DNA of 32,262 bases. Origin: Actinomycetota bacterium. GTDB lineage: Bacteria; Actinomycetota; Actinomycetes; Nanopelagicales; Nanopelagicaceae. The notes under the pieces are model-generated. The model had not been told where the DNA came from and ran no database searches. It saw only the letters and a list, made by a program, of their open reading frames with translations. Within the stretch, counting starts at the first letter, position 1. Each line of letters opens with the position of its first letter. The DNA lies in NCBI GenBank assembly GCA_046094245.1, contig JBJTHB010000032.1, forward strand, positions 1 to 32,262, given 5' to 3'. Below are positions 17,856 to 25,818 of the stretch, in pieces. The translations under genes were made by a program, and so were the position numbers.

Positions 17856-18362
17856 TTACTTATTCTCAGCGTCAGTCGCGTTTGCCTCAGTTGCTTCAGC
17901 GCTCTCAACCGGTGCTTCTGAAACCGCATCTTGAGCAACTGGAGCTTCTTCGACGACTGGAGCTGCTGTCTCTTCTACGGCTGCAGGAGCAGATGAGTAG
18001 AGAGTTTCAAGATCATCAGCGCCACGACGCTCGCGAATCTTGGCTGCCTTGCCACGGAGATCACGGAGGTAATAAAGCTTTGCACGTCGAACTTCACCTT
18101 TACGAACGAGTTCGATCTTCTCAATAACTGGTGCGTGAACTGGGAAAATTCTCTCTACGCCAACACCGTATGAAATCTTGCGGATAGTAAAAGTTTCGCG
18201 AATTCCTGAACCTTGGCGCGCGATGACAAGCCCTTGGAAGACCTGGATACGGCTCTTGTTACCTTCAACAACGCGGACGTGAACCTTGAGTTCATCGCCA
18301 GGGCGGAAATTGGGAAGGTCCTTACGGAGGGAGACGGCATCTACCGCATCAAGCACGTTCAT
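17856..18362 (-). CDS. rplS: 50S ribosomal protein bL19 with a ~54-aa acidic Ala/Glu/Pro-rich C-terminal extension.
   Basis: The core [33 protein letters not shown]...[20 protein letters not shown] is canonical L19. I chose ATG 18362 (MNVLDAV...) rather than the track start at 18422. Confidence 0.9.
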   Translation of the reverse strand: MNVLDAVDAVSLRKDLPNFRPGDELKVHVRVVEGNKSRIQVFQGLVIARQGSGIRETFTIRKISYGVGVERIFPVHAPVIEKIELVRKGEVRRAKLYYLRDLRGKAAKIRERRGADDLETLYSSAPAAVEETAAPVVEEAPVAQDAVSEAPVESAEATEANATDAENK

Positions 18363-18461
18363 GGTTTGTCCTAACAATTGGGCTCTGCGCTTTACGCTCA
18401 ATAACTCGGCGTATCTTGCCACACAGAGGAGCCAAGCGCTAAATCACGCGTGAAGCCAGGG

Positions 18462-19247
18462 TCAGTAGGCCTGTCCAGCGCGGATTTGTGCGCTGAGGAA
18501 GGGATGAAGGGCAGGACCGGCGACGATGACCATGTTCTTCTCTCCATTCCAAATTCCCTTGTCGATAGAGATCATCGCACCAGCTTCGGTGGCGATCAGC
18601 CCTGCTGCGGCGTAATCCCATTCATTCACTCCCGCTTCGAAATAAGCATCGAGAGAACCACTTGCGACGTGACAAATATCAACGGCGCATGCACCTAATC
18701 TCCGCAAATCCCGAATTTCTGGCAGAAGTCGTGAAATAAGTGCAGCTTGAATCTTTCGCTTCTCAATATCGTAGGCAAATCCTGAACCAACAAGTGCGCG
18801 ATTGAGAGCTACTGGTTCATTGCACGATATTGGAGAGTCATTGAGGAAGGCACCTCCCCCACGATGGGCTTTCCACAACGAATTAGTTGCCGGCGAATAC
18901 ACAACTCCGGCTAGTGGGCCAGATTCATCCTTGATGCCAATAGAAATACACCAGCCAGGAATGTCATAAAGATAATTCACGGTTCCATCGATGGGATCGA
19001 TCACCCAAGTGATTCCAGTCTTACTCGGACGGTTTGTGCCCTCTTCGCCGACCAATCCATCATCAGGACGTGCACTGAGAATTTCTGCGACGATGAGTTT
19101 CTCACTTTCATGATCCATTTGCGTTGCAAAATCGAATACGCCGCTCTTTTGATCAAGTTCGAATTTTGATGGTCGATTGATCAGTAACTTTCCAGCTTTG
19201 AGCGCGATTGACTCAGCTAGTGCAAGCAATTCTTTCCCCAATGACAT
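18462..19247 (-). CDS. Inositol monophosphatase family protein (SuhB/ImpA/HisN type).
   Basis: Metal-binding motifs GEEG...WVIDPIDGTVNY and a C-terminal WDYAAG. 261 aa. Confidence 0.85.
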   Translation of the reverse strand: MSLGKELLALAESIALKAGKLLINRPSKFELDQKSGVFDFATQMDHESEKLIVAEILSARPDDGLVGEEGTNRPSKTGITWVIDPIDGTVNYLYDIPGWCISIGIKDESGPLAGVVYSPATNSLWKAHRGGGAFLNDSPISCNEPVALNRALVGSGFAYDIEKRKIQAALISRLLPEIRDLRRLGACAVDICHVASGSLDAYFEAGVNEWDYAAAGLIATEAGAMISIDKGIWNGEKNMVIVAGPALHPFLSAQIRAGQAY

Positions 19248-19268
19248 TTTCCAATCTAATCACAGATA

Positions 19269-20501
19269 GTGATTTACAAGTACACTCACGACATGCTCAC
19301 CTCATATAAACGGCTATTTGCCGTGCCCGGAGGTTGGCGTTTTTCCTTGGCCGCGTTCATCCTGCGACTACCGATATCGATGCTGTATCTGGCTATCGTT
19401 CTCTTTGTTGTAGCAGAAACCGATTCATATTCATTAGCCGGCTCAATCTCCATGGTCTCCTCTGTCGTTCTCGCTGTTGCAACCCCACTCTGGTCACGCG
19501 TTGCTGATCAATTTGGACAGAATCGAGTTCTCTCCATAACCGTCCCTTTACATGTGGCCGCGCTGGGAGCTTTCGTTTACTTGGTGAAGACCGATGCTCC
19601 AACATGGAGTTGGTTTCTCGCTGCCATCATCTTCGAGTCTTTTGTCATCGGCTCGGGCCAAATGGTTCGTCGCCGTTGGATTCATGCCATTGGTGATGAT
19701 CGTAAACTTATGGATACCGCATATTCTTTTGAGGCGCTCGTCGACGAGGTAATCTTCACGAGCGGTCCGGTAATTGCCACACTTGTCGCTGCGTACTTCT
19801 TCCCAGCAGCGTCAATCTTTACTGCAATGGGCTTCATCATTATTGGATCAATGTTCTTCGCTGTCCAGAAATCAACCCTGCCTCCCGCGCATCCAAAAGA
19901 ACTTGGGGACGACCACTCACTTCTCATCCGTGACCGATTCATTCAGGCGATCTTTGTGCCCATGATGCTCTGTGGTTCGTTTTTCAGCGCCACCGGACTT
20001 GTTCTCGTCGGCTACCTTGATGAGTTTGGAAACCGCAACTACAGCGGGTTCTTCATAGCAATTTGGTCACTGAGTTCCGGTATTGCGGCTTTTCTTAGTG
20101 GCACAATCCATTGGAAGTTAACTGAAGCGCGCCGCTTCATCAATTCAACGCTTGCACTCTTCATACTTACCATTCCTATCTTTTTGTCTGTGATTATTTT
20201 TGAGGGAAATCTATGGATTTTGGCAATCGCTTTATTCATCAATGGACTTGCGATTGCGCCACTGTTGACCGCTGGTTTTGCACTTGCTGAAAGATCAGTA
20301 AATCCCAAGCGCACCACCGAAGTCTTAGCGTGGGCTATATCAGCGCTCAATTTGGGTGGTGCGTTACCAACAGCTTTCACCGGCTACATCATTGACACAT
20401 TCGGCCCGTCTGTCGCTTTTTCGATTCCAGTTCTATGTATGACGCTCTCTGTTCTCTCTTTTCTCCCATTTCTACGTTTATGGCGAGAGAAAGTCGTGTA
20501 A
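19269..20501 (+). CDS. MFS transporter.
   Basis: 410 aa, about 12 TM helices with a central loop, and general MFS composition. The true start may be ATG 19293 (MLTSYKRLF...). Confidence 0.7.
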   Translation: MIYKYTHDMLTSYKRLFAVPGGWRFSLAAFILRLPISMLYLAIVLFVVAETDSYSLAGSISMVSSVVLAVATPLWSRVADQFGQNRVLSITVPLHVAALGAFVYLVKTDAPTWSWFLAAIIFESFVIGSGQMVRRRWIHAIGDDRKLMDTAYSFEALVDEVIFTSGPVIATLVAAYFFPAASIFTAMGFIIIGSMFFAVQKSTLPPAHPKELGDDHSLLIRDRFIQAIFVPMMLCGSFFSATGLVLVGYLDEFGNRNYSGFFIAIWSLSSGIAAFLSGTIHWKLTEARRFINSTLALFILTIPIFLSVIIFEGNLWILAIALFINGLAIAPLLTAGFALAERSVNPKRTTEVLAWAISALNLGGALPTAFTGYIIDTFGPSVAFSIPVLCMTLSVLSFLPFLRLWREKVV

Positions 20502-20553
20502 ATCCCAGTTTCAGTTCCGTAGGAAATTGCACGATATATGGCAATCTTTACCT

Positions 20554-21354
20554 ATGACTGAGTTACGGGTCGTAGGAAAAACCAATGATGGGGAGCATCT
20601 TGAGCTCTCTGACAATGAAGGCAATACCTTCACCATTCGCGTGAATGACTCTTTACGCGCTACCGTTAATGAACGACGTCTCACTCCCGTTGTGGAAGAT
20701 GTGCCACGTTTCTCCATCAAAGAGATTCAAGCTCGGTTACGCGCAGGCGAAAGTTATGCCGAAGTTTCACGAATCTCTGGACTCTCGTTGGAAAAGATTG
20801 AACGGTATGCAAGCCCGATCCTGCAGGAGCGAGCATGGATTATCGAACTTGCGGAAAAAGCATCGCCGAAAGGAACGTCGCTTCCACTTTCAGAGCTCGT
20901 CATTCAAAGACTGGCTCCTCGTGGCGTTAACATGAATCAGATTTCATGGAATACCTGGCGGCTCGATGATGGTACGTGGAATCTCGTACTCGCCTATCCA
21001 TCTCGTGAAGGTCAATCGGAAGCAACATGGATCTTTGATTCAAATAAGCGAACGTTGGCATCGCGTGATGATGGGGCGCGCTGGATTAATGGTGAAGAGA
21101 TTCCAAACAAACAAGCTCCACGAAATGACCGCATGAGTGACCACGGCGTCCTTTTCCCCGTAGAAGGTGATTCACCACAACCTCCTCGCTTAGTTGCGGT
21201 ACGAACAGACCCGATGATTGATGATCAGCCTGAAGCAGCTCAAGAGATTGCCCCAGATGCTAAGAAGGATGGCGTCACAAAACGTATCTCCATTCCATCA
21301 TGGGATGACATCATGTTCGGCAGAAGTAAGAAAAAAGACGGAGACGAGAACTAA
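20554..21354 (+). CDS. sepH: Septation protein SepH (DUF3071 family FtsZ regulator).
   Basis: N-terminus MTELRVVGKTNDGEHLELSDNEGNTFTIRVNDSLRA is the DUF3071 signature. An HTH-like segment (EIQARLRAGESYAEVSRISGLSLEKIERY) and the conserved C-terminal IPSWDDIMFG motif are present. I chose ATG 20554 rather than TTG 20527. Confidence 0.8.
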   Translation: MTELRVVGKTNDGEHLELSDNEGNTFTIRVNDSLRATVNERRLTPVVEDVPRFSIKEIQARLRAGESYAEVSRISGLSLEKIERYASPILQERAWIIELAEKASPKGTSLPLSELVIQRLAPRGVNMNQISWNTWRLDDGTWNLVLAYPSREGQSEATWIFDSNKRTLASRDDGARWINGEEIPNKQAPRNDRMSDHGVLFPVEGDSPQPPRLVAVRTDPMIDDQPEAAQEIAPDAKKDGVTKRISIPSWDDIMFGRSKKKDGDEN

Positions 21355-22490
21355 CGTCGTTCCATTAATAGCGGGATTTCAGTCTCCGCAGCAGTAATTC
21401 CGCCGTGGTGTCCAACCATTGCCAGCTGTAACTCTTCCCGATCTGGCTCTACCAAAATCAACTTTTCATTAGCGATCACAACAAGATCACCTATTCGTTC
21501 GCGATTCTTTTCGTGCACCGTAGGTCCAAATAGACCGGCAGCAATCGTTTCATCGCGTGAATAAATCAAAACTTTATCGCGGAAATATTCTTGCCATTGT
21601 GAGCGAGTTTCATCAACTACTTCTGGGCGCATGTAGAGGTAGCGAACTCGAGGTTCACCGCCGAGAAGAGAAATATTTCGGAGCAAGTCGTTATCTTTGC
21701 CAAGCACGCAATAGTCATCTCGATTGATCATTCCGTGGTCAGTTGTGATCCATAACCGAGATCCACGAGGGATACTTTCAAGTAATTTGGTGATGAGTTC
21801 TGCTGCGCGAGACATTGCGGCATGGAATTTGGGAGAACCCAATCCATCACGGTGAGAAGCATCGTCGACATCATTAATGTAGACGTACGCAAATGAACCC
21901 TCGTTTTTCAATGATTCAACAGCTGCGCTTACCATCTCATCAATGACATTTACTCCCCGATAATTTGCGCCACGAAGCGCTGCCCGCGTGAAGCCTGTTT
22001 CTTCATATCGCTTTGCAGCGATGTGTGTAACGTTTAATCCAGATTGGCGTGCGCGCTCAAAAAGCGTTGGCGTGGATTGCCAATGAAGCGGATCCACACG
22101 TTCGTCCCATTTCAGGGCATTCAATAGCCGTTCCGGAGTTCCGCTATAGGGAACTCTCATCGTGTAACCCACCATGCCATGCGAGCCCACATGTTCTCCG
22201 GTGCCAAGTGACGTAAGCGACGAAGATGTTGTTGAGGGAAATGTTGCTGAAAGATGTGAGTGCAATTTCAATTGACCAAATAATGGCAAGGTCTGTTCCA
22301 CAAGACCCAGAGCATTCATGCCCATGCCATCTATAAGGAGGATGCATTCCCGACGCGCATCATTTGCATCGAGATTGAGAATATTCGTAGTCCCAGGAAC
22401 ACCTAATGTGGCAAAGACAGATTGTGAAAGGTCTGATAGCAATGGGGCCACTCGCCTATCTTTCCAGTAACCTTCCATCTCGTGATCCAT
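21351..22490 (-). CDS. Alkaline phosphatase superfamily protein (nucleotide pyrophosphatase/phosphodiesterase type).
   Basis: LLIDGMGMNAL, the nucleophile region TFPSTTSSSLTSLGTG, DVDDASHRDG and ITTDHGM metal-ligand motifs. An alternative start is ATG 22478. Confidence 0.75.
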   Translation of the reverse strand: MDHEMEGYWKDRRVAPLLSDLSQSVFATLGVPGTTNILNLDANDARRECILLIDGMGMNALGLVEQTLPLFGQLKLHSHLSATFPSTTSSSLTSLGTGEHVGSHGMVGYTMRVPYSGTPERLLNALKWDERVDPLHWQSTPTLFERARQSGLNVTHIAAKRYEETGFTRAALRGANYRGVNVIDEMVSAAVESLKNEGSFAYVYINDVDDASHRDGLGSPKFHAAMSRAAELITKLLESIPRGSRLWITTDHGMINRDDYCVLGKDNDLLRNISLLGGEPRVRYLYMRPEVVDETRSQWQEYFRDKVLIYSRDETIAAGLFGPTVHEKNRERIGDLVVIANEKLILVEPDREELQLAMVGHHGGITAAETEIPLLMERR

Positions 22491-23375
22491 TATTCGGATG
22501 AAGTATCGAGCGCGCTGAAAGATAATCGTCCAGTCGTGGCGCTGGAATCAACCATCATCAGTCATGGATTACCACGGCCAACCAATAAAACTGTTGCCCT
22601 CGAGGTAGAGGAACTCGTTAGGAAGAACGGTGCAGTCCCTGCCACAATCGCAATTATTGATGGATTAGTTCATGTGGGATTGGATTCTCGCCAGCTTGAT
22701 CGAGTTGCCAATGATGAAGGAATAACCAAAGCATCTATTCGTGACTTACCAATAGTTACCGCGAAGAAACTTAGCGCCGCAACAACCGTCGCTGCAACAT
22801 CCCACATTGCTCATCTGGCTGGTATATCCATCTTTGCCACCGGTGGTTTAGGTGGCGTTCATCGAGGGGCTCAAGAATCATGGGATGAATCTGCGGACCT
22901 TCATTCTCTCGCCAATATCCCGGTCATGGTTGTTAGCGCAGGAGCAAAATCGATTCTTGATGTTGCCGCAACACTTGAGCGTTTAGAGACTCTTTCTGTA
23001 CCAATTGTTGGATATAAAACTTCCCGTTTCCCTGGTTTCTATCTCGCTGATTCTGGATTTGATTTAGAGTATCGAGTTGATAGCCCTAAGGAGATCGCAG
23101 AAATGTGGTCTGCACGGACAAAGCTCGGAATCACATCATCGGGCATGGTTGTTGCAAATCCAGTCATAAAACAAATGGACCCGGTTCTTCATGCGACGAC
23201 GCTTGCAAATGGTCTCAAGGCAGCGGAACAACAATCCATTAGCGGAAAAGCAGTGACTCCTTTCTTGCTGGAGTACTTCCACTCCAATACTGGCGGCGAA
23301 TCTCTTCGTGTAAATATTGACATCATCCGATCCAATTCAGCTCTTGCTGCCCAAATTGCAGCCGCACTTCACTAA
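22482..23375 (+). CDS. psuG: Pseudouridine-5'-phosphate glycosidase.
   Basis: PVVALESTIISHGLPRP, ATGGLGGVHRG and VVSAGAKSILD are the canonical PsuG (indigoidine synthase A-like) motifs. GTG start. Confidence 0.9.
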   Translation: MIHYSDEVSSALKDNRPVVALESTIISHGLPRPTNKTVALEVEELVRKNGAVPATIAIIDGLVHVGLDSRQLDRVANDEGITKASIRDLPIVTAKKLSAATTVAATSHIAHLAGISIFATGGLGGVHRGAQESWDESADLHSLANIPVMVVSAGAKSILDVAATLERLETLSVPIVGYKTSRFPGFYLADSGFDLEYRVDSPKEIAEMWSARTKLGITSSGMVVANPVIKQMDPVLHATTLANGLKAAEQQSISGKAVTPFLLEYFHSNTGGESLRVNIDIIRSNSALAAQIAAALH

Positions 23376-23383
23376 AACCAACT

Positions 23384-24274
23384 ATGTCGCGATTTCTATG
23401 TGTCGGGGATGCTGCACTTGATGTCATCGTCAAAATGCAGACTGAAATTCATGTTGGGAGTGATACTGCTTCTCAAATTTCTATGCATGGAGGTGGCGCG
23501 GCAGCAAATACTGCAACCTGGCTTGCAGATTTAGGACACGACGTCTACTTTTCATGCCGACTTGGTGATGATGCTGCAGGTCGTGCAATTGCAGCTGAGT
23601 TTGATGAGTGGGGTATCGAATATCGCAAAGAATTTCTAGCTAATGAAAAGACCGGCGTGGTTGTCGTACTCGTCAATAGCGTAGGAGAACGCACTATGTT
23701 CCCTGATTCTGGCGCAAATTCGGGGATTGATGAGAGAAGTCTTCCTCCTCTTCTAGATTACGATGCAGCTTTTCTATCTGGCTATTCTCTTTTCAATCCA
23801 CTTTCTACTGCTGGAGTGTTACGAATTATCTCGACGATCAAATCAGCAAAAATCCCGTTGATATTCGATCCTGCTTCGGTTGGGACCATGACCACATTTG
23901 GTCGAGCGCAGGTTTTGGAAATGCTACCCCTGATGGACATTGTGATTATGAATGACGATGAAGCACGATTTATTGCAGCAACTGACGATGTAAAGAGCGC
24001 ACTTGCACTTCTTTCATCACTGAGTCCGTTGGTAGTCATCAAGACTGGAAGTTCAGGCGCAATTGCGCAACTCAGTGGTGGAACTTTGATTGAATCAACC
24101 ACAGAAGCAATTGAAGCGATTGACACCACCGGTGCTGGAGATGCATTTGCAGCAGGATTCATGCCGGAATGGCTACGAAGTCATGATTTATTGGAATCAA
24201 TGACGGCAGGAAATGAAGTGGCGCGTCGATGTGTCGCAATTATCGGAGCCCGACCGAGCGTCAATCCCAAGTAA
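23384..24274 (+). CDS. psuK: PfkB-family sugar/nucleoside kinase, probably pseudouridine kinase by context.
   Basis: N-terminal GDAALDV, GGGAANTA, and C-terminal DTTGAGDAFAAGF (PfkB signature 2). Located directly downstream of psuG. Confidence 0.7.
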   Translation: MSRFLCVGDAALDVIVKMQTEIHVGSDTASQISMHGGGAAANTATWLADLGHDVYFSCRLGDDAAGRAIAAEFDEWGIEYRKEFLANEKTGVVVVLVNSVGERTMFPDSGANSGIDERSLPPLLDYDAAFLSGYSLFNPLSTAGVLRIISTIKSAKIPLIFDPASVGTMTTFGRAQVLEMLPLMDIVIMNDDEARFIAATDDVKSALALLSSLSPLVVIKTGSSGAIAQLSGGTLIESTTEAIEAIDTTGAGDAFAAGFMPEWLRSHDLLESMTAGNEVARRCVAIIGARPSVNPK

Positions 24275-24303
24275 ATAGCGCTCTAGTTGGCAGAATCGCG
24301 CCC

Positions 24304-25818
24304 ATGGCAAAGGCAGATTCAAAGAAATCCAGCAAGAAAATTGTTGGACCTAAACCTGGCGAATTCCCCGGGAAGATAGTTGATGTCGATGTCTCATCCG
24401 AGATGTCTGACTCTTTCTTAGAATATGCCTACTCAGTCATTTACTCACGAGCTCTTCCTGATGCACGTGATGGACTCAAGCCAGTGCATCGCAGAATCTT
24501 GCATCAGATGTCAGAAATGGGTTTGCGTCCCGATAAAGGCCATGTAAAGAGCGCGCGCGTCGTCGGTGAAGTGATGGGTAAATTGCATCCTCACGGCGAT
24601 GGTGCGATTTACGATGCACTCGTTCGTATGGCCCAAGCTTTCTCGATGCGCCTTCCGCTTGTTGATGGTCATGGAAACTTTGGATCTCTGGATGCCGGTC
24701 CTGCTGCTATGCGTTACACCGAGGCTCGACTCGCAAATGCTGCGCTTCTCATGGTGGAAGAAGCTGACGAAGATACCGTCAACTTCGGCGCTAACTATGA
24801 CGGTCAGATCATGGAGCCACTTGTGCTTCCTGCGGCGTTTCCGAATCTTCTCGTCAACGGAGCGACGGGTATCGCGGTCGGAATGGCCACAAATATGGCG
24901 CCACATAATCTCGGCGAGGTTATTGCCGCCGCTAAACATCTCATTGAAAATCCCAATGCAACATTGAAGCAACTCATGAAATTCGTTCCCGCTCCTGACT
25001 TTCCTACTGGTGGAACCATTATTGGCAAAGAAGGGATTGTCGAGGCTTATCAAACTGGCAAAGGGGCGTTTAAAGTCCGCGCCAAAGTCGAAGTCGGAAA
25101 GGTCACGACCCGCAAGCAAGGCATCACGATCACCGAACTACCTTTCAACATCGGTCCAGAGAAAGTTGTAGAGCGCATTAGCGACCTCGTAAAGTCAAAG
25201 AAAATCCAAGGAATCTCCGACATCGTTGACCTCACTGATGGTCAATCGGGAACCCGGGTTGTCATTGAAATAAAGAACGGATTTGAACCCGAACAAGTTC
25301 TCGAAAATCTCTACAAGCTCACTCCACTCGAAGATGCTTTCTCCATCAACGCTGTTGCGCTCGTTGAAGGAAAACCGCGGACATTGGGGTTAAAAGAATT
25401 GCTTCAAGTCTTTATTTCTCACCGCATCGAAGTTGTTACTCGCCGATCGAACTTCCGTAAAGATAAGGCCAATGCCCGCTTGAACCTGGTTGATGGACTT
25501 CTCAAAGCAATCATTGATATTGATAAGGTGGTCAAGATAATCCGCGGCAGCGATGATGCGAACGAAGCGAAGGCCTCCTTAATCAAGAGCTTTAAGCTCA
25601 CCGACGAACAAGCGACCTACATCTTGGATATGCCGCTACGCCGACTCACAAAGATGTCGAAAATTGAATTGGAATCAGAGCAGAAAGAGTTGAAGTCCAC
25701 AATCACTAAGTTGACGGCTCTATTGAAGAGCGATGAAGCGCTTCGTAAACAAGTTGCAGATGAATTGAGCGAGGTAGAAGCGAAATACGCTACTCCGCGC
25801 CGTACTTTGATCGCTTAA
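24304..25818 (+). CDS. parC: Type IIA topoisomerase subunit A (ParC/GyrA family). Only the N-terminal breakage-reunion domain plus coiled coil is present; the C-terminal beta-pinwheel domain is absent.
   Basis: RALPDARDGLKPVHRRIL, the QRDR HPHGDGAIYDALVRMAQ, the catalytic Tyr in AAMRYTEARL, and GIAVGMATNMAPHNL. The ORF ends ...EAKYATPRRTLIA*, at the position of the hinge RRTEI of GyrA. I chose ATG 24304 rather than the track start, which overlaps psuK. Confidence 0.85.
   Translation: MAKADSKKSSKKIVGPKPGEFPGKIVDVDVSSEMSDSFLEYAYSVIYSRALPDARDGLKPVHRRILHQMSEMGLRPDKGHVKSARVVGEVMGKLHPHGDGAIYDALVRMAQAFSMRLPLVDGHGNFGSLDAGPAAMRYTEARLANAALLMVEEADEDTVNFGANYDGQIMEPLVLPAAFPNLLVNGATGIAVGMATNMAPHNLGEVIAAAKHLIENPNATLKQLMKFVPAPDFPTGGTIIGKEGIVEAYQTGKGAFKVRAKVEVGKVTTRKQGITITELPFNIGPEKVVERISDLVKSKKIQGISDIVDLTDGQSGTRVVIEIKNGFEPEQVLENLYKLTPLEDAFSINAVALVEGKPRTLGLKELLQVFISHRIEVVTRRSNFRKDKANARLNLVDGLLKAIIDIDKVVKIIRGSDDANEAKASLIKSFKLTDEQATYILDMPLRRLTKMSKIELESEQKELKSTITKLTALLKSDEALRKQVADELSEVEAKYATPRRTLIA

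Noticed and set aside
18363-18422. 20-codon extension at the 5' end of rplS ([20 protein letters not shown]).
   Set aside because: Canonical bL19 N-termini begin at the MNVLD... position. The extension has no homology and would consume the only available promoter and leader space.
24229-24303. N-terminal extension of the ParC ORF (MCRNYRSPTERQ...) overlapping the end of psuK.
   Set aside because: Homology to GyrA/ParC starts only after Met at 24304 (MAKADSKK...IVDVDVSSEM..FLEYA). The extension is the psuK 3' end read in another frame.
24511-25119. 202-aa ORF antisense to parC.
   Set aside because: No recognisable motif and no start context. It is fully contained in a region where the sense frame shows strong GyrA/ParC homology.
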